A DNA stretch of 47,611 bases from an uncultured Nitrososphaeraceae archaeon (GTDB lineage: Archaea; Thermoproteota; Nitrososphaeria; Nitrososphaerales; Nitrososphaeraceae): positions 1 to 47,611 of the forward strand of contig CAVSLF010000003.1 in NCBI GenBank assembly GCA_963728595.1, read 5' to 3'. The translations under genes and the position numbers were made by a program. Of the stretch, positions 28,742-38,574 are shown in pieces (positions within the stretch are counted from its first letter, which is position 1; every line of letters starts with the position of its first letter). The notes beneath the pieces are model-generated. The model did not search any database. It was not told the DNA's origin and saw only the letters and a list, made by a program, of their open reading frames with translations.

Positions 28742-30475
28742 TTATAAGGACTTGGCAACAGCACTTTTCAATCTTTCGATCTTTGTTTTAATGTTAGATA
28801 CGTCCCGGCTATTGATCGAGTCATTGAGCTCCTTGACAAAATTTGTAATATTTCTCAATTGATCTCGCTTCTTACCACTTAGTTCGCCCTTTATCCGTCT
28901 GGTTACCTTATTGATCAGGTCCAGTGCTTCATTTTTAATTTCAGCTTCTTCTTTTTTTCTTCTAGTTATAGTTTCAAACTCTTCTGCAACTTCTCGTGCC
29001 CTCTTAATTTCTTCTTTTGTTGTCTTATTACTTCCTGTAATTGTGATCTTTTGTTCCTTGGAGGTATCTAGATCTTTAGCAGTAACGTTAAGAATACCAT
29101 CTGCATTAATATCAAATGTAACGTCAATTTTTGGCACATCTTTTGGGGCGCTAGGTATCCCTGAAAGGATAAAAGTCCCAAGCGAAACACAGGAAGACGC
29201 GGTGCTACCTTCGCCTTGTATAACGTGGATTTTGATTTCAGTCACATTATCAGCATCAGTCGTAAATAACTTGCTCCGTTTTGTAGGAATTGTAGTATTA
29301 CGATATATTATGGTGTGTGCCATACCCCCGACTTCTTCGATGCCTAGATTATGTGGAATGACGTCTTCGGGAGCAATGTATTCAATTTCACCCGCGAACC
29401 TGGCGGCCTGAATGGTCGATCCTATTGCAACTGCCTCCATCGGGTCGGTACTGAAATCTGGTTCCTTGCCCATGACCGCGGTAACAAGTTGTCGGATGAT
29501 AGGCATTCTTGTCGGTCCTCCTACCAATATTATCTTGTCAATATCATCGGGTTTTTGCTTTGCCTCCCAGAGCGCGTCATTAAGTGGTCGTTTACATCTT
29601 TCGATTATTGGAGATACTATTTCTTCAAGTTTCGCTCTAGTCATGGATAATACAAGGTTTTGTGGACCTTTCGTAGGATGGATTGCAAGAAATGGCAGAG
29701 TAATATCAGTTACAATCATATTCGAAAGTTCGACCTTCGCTCTTTCTACCGCCTCTCTTACTCTGACCATGGCAGTTTTATCATCCTTGACGTCCAATCC
29801 GGATTGCAGTTTGAATTCCTTTATCACGTAATCGACTAGGGCGTCATCCATATCTGTTCCACCAAGACTGGTATCGCCACTGATGCTTTTCACAACTAAT
29901 TTTTGACCGTGTATTTCCCCCACTGTCACATCAAGCGTTCCGCCTCCCATATCAAACACTAACACTTTAAGATCATCTTGTTGGAGTCTTTCCAGTCCAT
30001 ATCCAACCGACGCTGCCACAGGTTCACTAATAATGCTGATGACTTCAAGTCCAGCTATTTCTCCCGCCTCTTTTGTTGCTTGTCTTTGATTAATATCAAA
30101 ATAAGCTGGAACGCTTATGACAGCCTTATCAACTTGTTCGCCTAGGTACTTTTCAGCATCATTCTTTATCTTTCGTAAAACAAACGCAGAAATCTGCTGA
30201 GGTGAATAATCTTTATCAAGTATGTGAAATTTAAAATCAGTTCCTATTTTGCGCTTCGCTGCACTTATAGTCCCCTCTGGATTTAATATCATTTGACGTC
30301 TTGCAGGTTCGCCTACAAGTAGGTCCCCTTGCTTTGTTAAAGCTACAATGGAAGGAAATGCTTTTCCACCGGTAGTTGGACCTTCAGCAGCCGGTATAAT
30401 CACACATTTGGTACCGACTACAGCTCCTGCAGCCGAATTGCTTGTTCCCAGATCTATCCCTATAATCTTTCCCAA
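28742..30475 (-). CDS. dnaK: Hsp70/DnaK-family chaperone (divergent stand-alone paralog)
   Basis: IIGIDLGTSNS, SVPAYF, VFDMGGGTLDV, LGGTDMD, ILVGGPTRMP, IDVTFDINADGILNVTAKD. Confidence 0.93.
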   Translation of the reverse strand: MGKIIGIDLGTSNSAAGAVVGTKCVIIPAAEGPTTGGKAFPSIVALTKQGDLLVGEPARRQMILNPEGTISAAKRKIGTDFKFHILDKDYSPQQISAFVLRKIKNDAEKYLGEQVDKAVISVPAYFDINQRQATKEAGEIAGLEVISIISEPVAASVGYGLERLQQDDLKVLVFDMGGGTLDVTVGEIHGQKLVVKSISGDTSLGGTDMDDALVDYVIKEFKLQSGLDVKDDKTAMVRVREAVERAKVELSNMIVTDITLPFLAIHPTKGPQNLVLSMTRAKLEEIVSPIIERCKRPLNDALWEAKQKPDDIDKIILVGGPTRMPIIRQLVTAVMGKEPDFSTDPMEAVAIGSTIQAARFAGEIEYIAPEDVIPHNLGIEEVGGMAHTIIYRNTTIPTKRSKLFTTDADNVTEIKIHVIQGEGSTASSCVSLGTFILSGIPSAPKDVPKIDVTFDINADGILNVTAKDLDTSKEQKITITGSNKTTKEEIKRAREVAEEFETITRRKKEEAEIKNEALDLINKVTRRIKGELSGKKRDQLRNITNFVKELNDSINSRDVSNIKTKIERLKSAVAKSL

Positions 30476-30664
30476 TTCGAGGAACCCCCTTTAAATATTC
30501 CATAAAGTAAAAATAACTTTTCCAAGTGTATGACTTAGTAGATAATATTATTTAATCATATACACTTTTGCTCTATGAAAGCGAACCAAATTTCAAATTT
30601 ATTCATTTTATTTCAATCTTATCAATGCACTTTATGTGGTATTGATATAGGTCATGATGAGTAA

Positions 30665-30862
30665 CTATATTCGCGCGAGATTCAATTTGGACCCGTAATT
30701 ACGTGATTTTGTTCTCAATTTAATACCACAGCACGGACAGGTATCAGTAGCCCATATCATGAAAATTGAACATACCTGACAGCGTTTTCGACCATTCAGA
30801 TATCGTAGTTGGCCAACGGGCAACACCGCTTTGTGACGAATGCAGATTCCTTTACAAGCCAT
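30665..30862 (-). CDS. Small Cys-rich thaumarchaeal protein (putative Zn-binding)
   Basis: CKGICIRHKA...RYLNGRKRCQVC..F...CPCCGIKLRTK, a multicopy family typical of AOA genomes. Confidence 0.8.
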   Translation of the reverse strand: MACKGICIRHKAVLPVGQLRYLNGRKRCQVCSIFMIWATDTCPCCGIKLRTKSRNYGSKLNLARI

Positions 30863-31095
30863 GTTAGTTAATTTAGCTTATCTTTTATCTTTTATTACAG
30901 TTGCTAGACTGATATTATGCACGCGTTCTAAAATTCTCACCGCATAATCGCAATATCCAATAAATTCTCTTGCACGGGTAAAAAGAATTTCTATTAACAT
31001 TTTACAAGCGTCAGCCTTAATTAACAACCATAATGATCGAGAGAATTTGAAAACCAGGTAAAATTATTTCGATTTCCTTCTGCGCACAGCGGGAG

Positions 31096-31389
31096 TCATG
31101 GCTTGTACCAATCAGGTCGCGTGTCTTCCTCAGGTCGTCTTCTGTAATTCAACTGCTTTAAGAGATATTTAATAAGAAGATGGTATTTGGCTATGAAGCC
31201 TAAGATTATAGAAATTATTCCACCAACTAGAAACCTTATGCCGATTATCTTGAACCCCTCGCCCTCCTCTTGAAGTGAGATGACGCTGGTCCCTATCCAA
31301 ATGCAAAATATACCAAACGCAACAAGTATTATTCCTGCAACTAAAAACGGCCTAAAGAGAGAGGTTGGCTCCCGGATTGCTCTTGACAT
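31096..31389 (-). CDS. Hypothetical two-TM membrane protein
   Basis: Two hydrophobic helices and a charged C-terminus. Confidence 0.6.
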   Translation of the reverse strand: MSRAIREPTSLFRPFLVAGIILVAFGIFCIWIGTSVISLQEEGEGFKIIGIRFLVGGIISIILGFIAKYHLLIKYLLKQLNYRRRPEEDTRPDWYKP

Positions 31390-32051
31390 CTAAGCAGTAC
31401 TTGACACTATCGTAATTATCAATTCTGCTACTTGTTAGGACCGAATCTCCACGTATTTCGTAACCCGAAAACTCAAAGATTTGGGATTGAAAAGAAAGGC
31501 AGGAGTCTATTTGGTGTTCAATGGATAGGCCTCTCTCTACAAGCATTTTATTCGAGTACAGTTTCTTTATCTTGAAAATTTATGCATAATTTTGTTTCAA
31601 AAATGTTTTCCGTTCTCTCTATGAATTTAGTTGCAACGTCGATATCAGGTCAATTGACTGTGAATAACCACGTTGATATTGTAAATTTGCAATCGTCATT
31701 CTAACTTACAACTAATCAGTGCTTGATTTGTGGGCCCGCTAGGTATAGTGATATTATCTCTCTTGGGAAAACTTGAACATATGTTACCAATAGAGTGAGA
31801 TATGAGCCATACACTGCATATAATTCGTATATGAGTAAAGTAAGAAAAGTATTGTGCTATTTCTCTGAATTAGTATTAACGATAGCTGGAGTTCCATTCA
31901 TAACGGAATTCATCTTTGAATCTCAAGGGGACAACAAGTACAATACATAACAGTAAATCCATGGTCGCCCATTATGCTTTTCGTTTGAATGGCTTGAAAA
32001 ATCAACATGTTTAAGTGTAGGTAATTCAAAGAAGCGTCGGGATAGTTTGAT

Positions 32052-33899
32052 TTGCGACTCGGGATAACCCGGATATCGCTGCTAATTGCTGCTCTGGCCA
32101 TTGTGGCCATAGTTATCATTTTGACATTTACCGAAATCCAAAGTCAAATAATTTCTGCAAATATTATCGAAAAGAAGGTTAGCGAAGTAAACGTGTTGGC
32201 CTCCAGGACCACTCTTAGATTGATAGATGCTGCTACCATTTTGGCGATTACCAGCAACTTATCTCATGTTACTACTATACCGAACATGAGTCTAATAAGT
32301 GAGGATTCACATGGTGTGCCAAAAAATGAAGAGATAGATAAAAGAATGATAGCACGAAACATTATGTTGCATTATCCCAATTTTGAAACAATAAGTTTTC
32401 TTCTCCCCAACGGTGACATATATTTTTTAGAGCCGTATGAAAGCCAAAAAAATCTAACGCTAAAAAATTTTGCATTTAGAGATTATTACAAAGGAGTTAT
32501 CGCCACTGGCAAACCCTATCTAAGTCAAGCTATTCGGTCCAACGCAACGGGTCATATTGTATCGGCAGTAGCGGTTCCTGTTCACGATGCGATGAATGGA
32601 TCTCTGAGTGGCATTTGGATTGGAGCTTTGAATTTGAAGGATATAAGTCAGGTCCTTCACGATCAAGTCCCCAATACAGAAATTGTTACCTACGTTGATC
32701 AAAAAGGCCAAAAAGTAGTTAGCAGTGATGAAAATAAGTACTCTTCTCTTTTCAATAACAACGAATCATTGGCATCACTTCTTGGATTCAAGGTTGGGAT
32801 CGCTGGAAAATCAGGGTACAGTATAGAAACCATTAATGGTGTCAAGATGTTCTTAGCTTATTCGCCTATGCACGCGATTTCCTCAAATTGGCTGGTATTA
32901 TCTTTCGAACCTTACGACCAAGTATTTTTATCTTCAAACTCCCTCAGATTGGAAGGAATCATTTTGAGTATCGTCCTTGCATCGGCAGCAACTTTTATCG
33001 CGCTGCTTCTTCAGAGGTCATTTCGCTCTTTAAATAGACTAACCACAGAGCTCCATGAGTCTAATGAGGAACTGATTTCCAAAGAAAATGAGCTCCAGAT
33101 TGCGAAACAGTCATTGGAAGAGAAAAATAAAGAGCTTGAAGAGGCGAACGAACAACTATTACAAAGAGAAAAAACACAGAAGGACTTCATCAATGTCGCT
33201 GCCCACGAACTTCGAACGCCAATTGTGCCAATTCTCAATCTGGCAGAATTATTGCATTCGAAATTAAAAAAACAAAATATTGACTTGATCAGTATAGAGG
33301 ATGGGAGAAAAAATGAAAGAGGAAAAATTGAGGAAATAGTACAAGTTATTGTTAGAAATGCGTATAGACTATACCAGCTCACAGAAGATATACTAGATGT
33401 TACTAAAATCGAGACTCAGTCACTTAAGCTTCGTATTGAGCATCTGGATCTCAATCAGATCGTAAGTTCTGTCGTCAGCGATTTTAGGAAAAATAATGAA
33501 ACCAGGAATAATTTGGAAATAAATTTTGAGAATTTGGCAAATGGGATATCAATAAGGGGCGATAAAGGAAGACTTATTCAGGTGATTACAAATTTACTGG
33601 GAAATGCTTTAAAATTTACAAAGGAAGGTCAAATTACGGTGACTCTCACACGTGATAATAACAACCAGGTGATGGTAATAGTTAAGGATTCTGGTACGGG
33701 TATCGACGAAGAGATTTATCCAAGATTATTCTCAAAATTTGCCACCAAGTCCGAAGAAGGAACTGGACTCGGATTGTATATATCTAAGAAGATCGTGGAA
33801 GCACATGGCGGTAAGATTTGGGCTCAGAACAATCCGGACGGGAAAGGAACTACTTTTTATTTTACTTTGCCTTTACAATCGCCAGAGAGCCTAACATAA
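32052..33899 (+). CDS. Membrane-bound Cache-domain sensor histidine kinase
   Basis: TM1; dCache-like FRDYYKGV...PYLS...AVPV; TM2; coiled coil; H-box AAHELRTP; N-box NLLGNALKF; G boxes DSGTGI and GTGLGL. Confidence 0.95.
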   Translation: MRLGITRISLLIAALAIVAIVIILTFTEIQSQIISANIIEKKVSEVNVLASRTTLRLIDAATILAITSNLSHVTTIPNMSLISEDSHGVPKNEEIDKRMIARNIMLHYPNFETISFLLPNGDIYFLEPYESQKNLTLKNFAFRDYYKGVIATGKPYLSQAIRSNATGHIVSAVAVPVHDAMNGSLSGIWIGALNLKDISQVLHDQVPNTEIVTYVDQKGQKVVSSDENKYSSLFNNNESLASLLGFKVGIAGKSGYSIETINGVKMFLAYSPMHAISSNWLVLSFEPYDQVFLSSNSLRLEGIILSIVLASAATFIALLLQRSFRSLNRLTTELHESNEELISKENELQIAKQSLEEKNKELEEANEQLLQREKTQKDFINVAAHELRTPIVPILNLAELLHSKLKKQNIDLISIEDGRKNERGKIEEIVQVIVRNAYRLYQLTEDILDVTKIETQSLKLRIEHLDLNQIVSSVVSDFRKNNETRNNLEINFENLANGISIRGDKGRLIQVITNLLGNALKFTKEGQITVTLTRDNNNQVMVIVKDSGTGIDEEIYPRLFSKFATKSEEGTGLGLYISKKIVEAHGGKIWAQNNPDGKGTTFYFTLPLQSPESLT

Positions 33900-33900
33900 A

Positions 33901-34323
33901 TTGAGTAGTGATAAACCAACGCAGGAAAAGAAGATTTTGCTGGTAGATAACGAGCCAGATGTAACATACGCCATAGAGAGTGTTTTAGAAGATAATGGAT
34001 TTGAAGTAGAATCTTTTAATGATCCAGTTCTAGCGTCTACCACGTATAAGCAGAATTACTATGATTTGATATTGTTGGATATCAAGATGCCAAAGATGGA
34101 TGGCTTTGAGCTATACGATAGCATTCGGGAAAAGGACAAAATAACAAAAATATGTTTTTTGACAGCCAGTGAAATGTTTTATGAATCCTTAAGGAAGGCG
34201 CGAAATTTATTTGGTGACACTTTGGGTGAGAAATATTTTATTCAAAAACCAGCAAAGTCAGACCAATTGATACGACAACTTAACGATATCATCAATTCTC
34301 CCCAGAAAGAACCATCTACTTGA
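33901..34323 (+). CDS. Single-domain response regulator (CheY-like receiver)
   Basis: ILLVDNE, LLDIKMPKMDG, FLTA, IQKP; starts 1 bp after the kinase stop. Confidence 0.93.
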   Translation: MSSDKPTQEKKILLVDNEPDVTYAIESVLEDNGFEVESFNDPVLASTTYKQNYYDLILLDIKMPKMDGFELYDSIREKDKITKICFLTASEMFYESLRKARNLFGDTLGEKYFIQKPAKSDQLIRQLNDIINSPQKEPST

Positions 34324-34445
34324 GTATATACAAAATTAGCAGGCCGCTAAGCACTGAAATGTTGCACTAGTCCTTACCTGAGGACAATATTGGGATGCAC
34401 ATTTGTTGATTGTATCCACCTTGCGGGTTATAATCAACAAACATC

Positions 34446-35534
34446 CTACTTTTGATTTTTAAGCTTGATCCTAAGCCGCGTTACGAGTTCCTCTCTCAAG
34501 ACTGGTTTTTTGATAATGTCGTCGTAGCTTATTCCCGGAAGTATGCTTACGAGTTCTTCCGCCGCGTCTAGTGCAGATAGAAAAATAATCTTAACATTTG
34601 AAGTTATAGATTTTAATCTGTAGAAAAGCTGTATACCATTGAGTTTGGGCATCCTGATATCCAATATCACTAGATCGTAACGGCATGGATAAATTTCGGC
34701 ATAATGTTTCAATGCTTCCTCTGAATCTGTAAAGAATTTCACCTTCCATCCCTCTTCAGTCAATATGGAGTTGTAAGTGAAAGCCAAATCAGGCTGATCT
34801 TCTACAATCATTATATTAGGACAATTTGGTGAAAGCATGTTTGAGGATCTATCCAATGAAAAGGGATCTATCAAACTAGGAACAAGTTTGCTTTTCATCT
34901 CGTAGACAGGGTAAGACTTGTTCAATCCGCTCGAATATTCGCCTTTTTCCTTAAAGGAATATGCATCCGATATGTCTGGAAACGATCGTTTTAAGACACG
35001 GTATAGATCACTCCCTATTATTACTCCATTTGGAGCAGCTATTGCATTTATCTTAGAGCACATGTTAATTGTAGCACCGAACAAATCCTCTGTCATAGAT
35101 GAAGATGACATGGCGATTTCGACTCTACCGTAATCAGCACTGATCCTATAGTCAACCAATGGTAACTTTTCTTCAGAAAGTTTTGCATTGATGATCTTAT
35201 GAGCCGTTATCATTGTTATTGCAGATTCTAAGACACCTTTGAAGCCAGGCCATTTAGATACATCTGATGTTTCTGGAAAATAGTAAATTAGACTATCCCC
35301 CACATTTTTAATGATTCTAGCGCCGTAGCCCCTAGCGATCGCTGCCATCGAGTTTAGAAAAATAGAGTAATATCGCATGATTCCCTTTGGATCACTGATT
35401 CTGGAAGTAATTCGAGTTGAATCTACTATGTCGACAATACATACACAGTAGCTTTCCGATCTAGTTTCAAAGGATATCTCTTCATCTGAAATTATGAGTT
35501 TATGGTTTTGGTCAGTAGAGTGTGGCCCAGTCAA
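34446..35534 (-). CDS. Class III adenylate/guanylate cyclase domain fused to a C-terminal receiver domain
   Basis: IVDIVDST, IKNVGDS, RISADYG, DLFGATINMCSKI; then IMIVEDQ, ILDIRMPKLNG, FLSA, IKKP. Confidence 0.9.
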   Translation of the reverse strand: MTGPHSTDQNHKLIISDEEISFETRSESYCVCIVDIVDSTRITSRISDPKGIMRYYSIFLNSMAAIARGYGARIIKNVGDSLIYYFPETSDVSKWPGFKGVLESAITMITAHKIINAKLSEEKLPLVDYRISADYGRVEIAMSSSSMTEDLFGATINMCSKINAIAAPNGVIIGSDLYRVLKRSFPDISDAYSFKEKGEYSSGLNKSYPVYEMKSKLVPSLIDPFSLDRSSNMLSPNCPNIMIVEDQPDLAFTYNSILTEEGWKVKFFTDSEEALKHYAEIYPCRYDLVILDIRMPKLNGIQLFYRLKSITSNVKIIFLSALDAAEELVSILPGISYDDIIKKPVLREELVTRLRIKLKNQK

Positions 35535-35802
35535 TCAACCAAACAACTCCTGCCTGACGCACAATTAAACATATTAGTCACATAATCACTGCTTTTCGAG
35601 TACTTATGTAGTTTTATTCATAATATATAGCAGACATAAGCCGCAGATATTATTTCTCATATTCTAAGCTGATTTTCACTTGCTTAAAAAGCTCACTTCT
35701 AACTAACAACTCTGCAAGGTCTGTTATTCGGTGTGTTTTCAATTTCAATATCAGAATAAAGACATTAAGTAACAATACGGAAAGTCACGGCTAAATTATA
35801 CC

Positions 35803-36009
35803 ATGAAACCCTTTTGTCTGATGTGTTCGTATGTTTGGCTAGTAGCGATGGCACATAACGAGAATATTAGTATGGAGAAGAAAGAAGTAATAAGGAATCT
35901 TTATCTTTCAGGCATAGCAGAAGAATTTATTGCTTTGCAGCTTGATATCGAAATTCCCGATGTTATAAAAGTGCTGAAAGAACTTGATGTCTATAAATCT
36001 CCAGATTGA
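35803..36009 (+). CDS. Small HTH-like hypothetical protein
   Basis: KKEVIRNLYLSGIAEEFIALQLDIEIPDVIKVL. Real start probably at a downstream Met. Confidence 0.6.
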   Translation: MKPFCLMCSYVWLVAMAHNENISMEKKEVIRNLYLSGIAEEFIALQLDIEIPDVIKVLKELDVYKSPD

Positions 36010-36088
36010 TATTTGGTTCACGCACGCTTATCCTTAGTATAATCATTTCCAGACAAAGTTTCAAATACAAAGAGTGCTATAACTGACT

Positions 36089-36340
36089 ATGGAATCCCAA
36101 ATTGACGAACAGCTGATGCAAAAACTATGTGAAGCTTTTAAAGAAGCTCGGAATAATGGAAAAATGCACGTAGACTTCGATGAATTCCATAAACAACATA
36201 GTGAACTTGAACCGAATACAACATTAGAAATCCTGAAGAAAGAGGTACAAAACGGTATTATAGAAATTGACAACAAGTTAATTAGACCAACTCCTTTAGG
36301 TATTGAACGATGTAAGTTAGATAAGTCATTATATACGTAG
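36089..36340 (+). CDS. Small hypothetical protein (winged-helix-like)
   Basis: EILKKEVQNGIIEI...IRPTPLGIERC resembles a wHTH wing. Confidence 0.55.
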   Translation: MESQIDEQLMQKLCEAFKEARNNGKMHVDFDEFHKQHSELEPNTTLEILKKEVQNGIIEIDNKLIRPTPLGIERCKLDKSLYT

Positions 36341-36579
36341 TGAACGGGATATGTTACGCTTCTAAAAGCTTAACAGTTACTAGGAGTACGTGCAAAATTC
36401 AAGTGTCTAAGTAGGTGTATTGTCTAACCTGGAGTGTAGAATAAAAAGTCAGCGGGTATTGAAAATAGGTAGATAGTTAACCAACAGATTTGCATTGCCC
36501 CGCCAGATTTGAGTAGCAATGTAAGTTTAACTTGAATTTGAACAACAATTAGATATTATGTTTCCCATTCTATCTCAAG

Positions 36580-36900
36580 ATGGTCACAAATACATATGAG
36601 GTCAAGGCCTTACCAAATTCAATAAAATTTTACTTACCCCGAGTGGAGGGATACTTAGATGTTGTACGCGAAATAGCATCTCGGTATGGGAGTATGTCGC
36701 TAATAGAATTCGATGGATACTTTGAAGGAAAATTCGAACCTATCAAGTATACACGAGTAGAGGTTCATACAACGCGCATAAATGAAAAAAACATTATAGA
36801 ATATGCGAATGCAGTTCGTGTCAAATTGGAACAAAAATCATTGGGGTTGGAATTCAACAACAAATTAATCCTTGTAAATGAAACTGAGACAAGACCATAA
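36580..36900 (+). CDS. Hypothetical protein, possibly PII-like/DUF3574-type fold
   Basis: IKFYLP...RYGSMSLIEFDGYF...RVEVH...VRVKLEQKSL pattern; about 106 aa; upstream of the SemiSWEET. Confidence 0.5.
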   Translation: MVTNTYEVKALPNSIKFYLPRVEGYLDVVREIASRYGSMSLIEFDGYFEGKFEPIKYTRVEVHTTRINEKNIIEYANAVRVKLEQKSLGLEFNNKLILVNETETRP

Positions 36901-36930
36901 ATGCCATACTAATAATCGAGTTTAGAGCAC

Positions 36931-37200
36931 ATGATACTAAACGATTATCTAATCTTTGTTATTGGAATATTTGCCACTTTTTTTACGTTGTGGAGTACAG
37001 TGCCTCAGATTAGGAAGTCTCTTCGAACTAGGAAGACAGATGATGTCTCAAAATGGCTCATTATTTCCTTAATCGCAGGACTCTCATTATGGGTACTGTA
37101 TGGAGTTACGAAAGGAGATATGATAATTACTGGTGCCAACAGTATCGGGGTTTCTCTCAATGTCTTTCTTCTGATATTGAAGCTGAAATATAGTGACTAG
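36931..37200 (+). CDS. SemiSWEET / PQ-loop (MtN3-like) transporter
   Basis: Three TM helices; PQIRKSLRTRKTDDVS; LWVLYG; ITGAN. Confidence 0.9.
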   Translation: MILNDYLIFVIGIFATFFTLWSTVPQIRKSLRTRKTDDVSKWLIISLIAGLSLWVLYGVTKGDMIITGANSIGVSLNVFLLILKLKYSD

Positions 37201-37453
37201 TGATTTCCACCTTGATATTGGAATACCTCTTGGAGGTTCGCAACAAAGATGACATTAAATTAAATTTAAGTTAAACAGACAAAAAACGACGAATAGGTAA
37301 ATCGGATTTTAGTCACCGTATGTCTCATAGGATAATTTGTTATTTTCTGTGTGAAAGTCTCCATCAGTCTGGACATGTTACTAGCAAAATGTCGATAATA
37401 TAGGCTGTGTTGATGTTGCGACTGAATATAAGGCATGATACCATTATTAGTTT

Positions 37454-37798
37454 ATGGGATTAGAAGGAGAGGAAGTTTATACCGGATGGGCATATGCCGA
37501 TGGAAACAATTTTTATTCAGAGTCTTGGTCGATTGACATGCCCCCGTCTGATGCGTTTGTGAAGACTAGCCTTTGCGACATGGTTGGCATTGAGCAAGGA
37601 GCTGCAGTCGAAGTAGGCATTCTTAACATTAGATATTTACTTCCAGACAATAGTAACGGAAGAGCCAATCTAGACGGCATCGATTGGCCCAATACTATTA
37701 AAGCATGGTCTAGTCCAAAAATGACGCATTTTACTTTTGCAATAAAGACTCGACAATGTTATGCATCAATGTGTTGTACCGTGGGCTACTGGAGCTGA
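37454..37798 (+). CDS. Hypothetical protein (beta-rich)
   Basis: 114-aa ATG ORF rich in Trp/Cys; 9 bp from the next gene. Confidence 0.6.
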   Translation: MGLEGEEVYTGWAYADGNNFYSESWSIDMPPSDAFVKTSLCDMVGIEQGAAVEVGILNIRYLLPDNSNGRANLDGIDWPNTIKAWSSPKMTHFTFAIKTRQCYASMCCTVGYWS

Positions 37799-37807
37799 AT
37801 AGCAAAG

Positions 37808-38134
37808 TTGGACTATAACGAACAAAATTCCTTTTCTCAAAAGGGTAAGGTTCCAAAGACAAAATCAATCCGTAGTGTTGCTCTATTCGATGGAAATGAC
37901 GGAACTATTCTTCATATGCACCATGTTATGACGATGGAGGGTTGTGAGCCGAGGGACATGGAAGAAATTGAAAAAGACGCAGTACGCTTTGCACAAAAGC
38001 TAGGCCATTCTGTTAAAAATTTAAAAATTCTGCGCGCACCTAACACTATAAACCCATTTACAAAGTATCGCATTGATGTTTCAAAGCTGGAGTTTATTGA
38101 GCTACCTGAACCGAGAAAAGTGGTCGTAAAATAA
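37808..38134 (+). CDS. Hypothetical protein
   Basis: VALFDGNDGTILHMHHV...KYRIDV; operon-like with the previous ORF. Confidence 0.65.
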   Translation: MDYNEQNSFSQKGKVPKTKSIRSVALFDGNDGTILHMHHVMTMEGCEPRDMEEIEKDAVRFAQKLGHSVKNLKILRAPNTINPFTKYRIDVSKLEFIELPEPRKVVVK

Positions 38135-38574
38135 AAATTGCTTCAGCTAGTCTGACTTTACACATGATAGAAAGAAAAAGGATATTTCACAGCAAGTTTG
38201 TGTCTGAAGGATTATGCGTGTATTTCTTTTTCTAAGACCTCTTTAAGAAGCGCAAATGCCTTAACCAATCCTTTTTTGATGGTTTGCCACGTTTCAACGA
38301 GCTCGGTTTTATTTGCGCTTTGTGCGTCTTTAATATAGGTATTTTCTTATCAACAGTGCTTACTCATTGTGTTTAATATTATTCTCCTGCAGGCAAGAGG
38401 CTTATTTCGGCCAGTCCCGTATTTGGCCTTTCCTCTCTACCGTAATAGTATTTCGGGGAACGGGACCGAAACCCGTGATACCATTTCTGCAGGAGACAGC
38501 ATTAATTAGACAATATTACTTAATAAAATTTAGCACGAACATGATGGTCTTATTGCGAGTCATAATGTTTTGTT

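Noticed and set aside
28911..29831. Long plus-strand ORFs opposite dnaK
   Set aside because: Antisense ORFs are a well-known by-product of Hsp70 codon patterns; no motifs.
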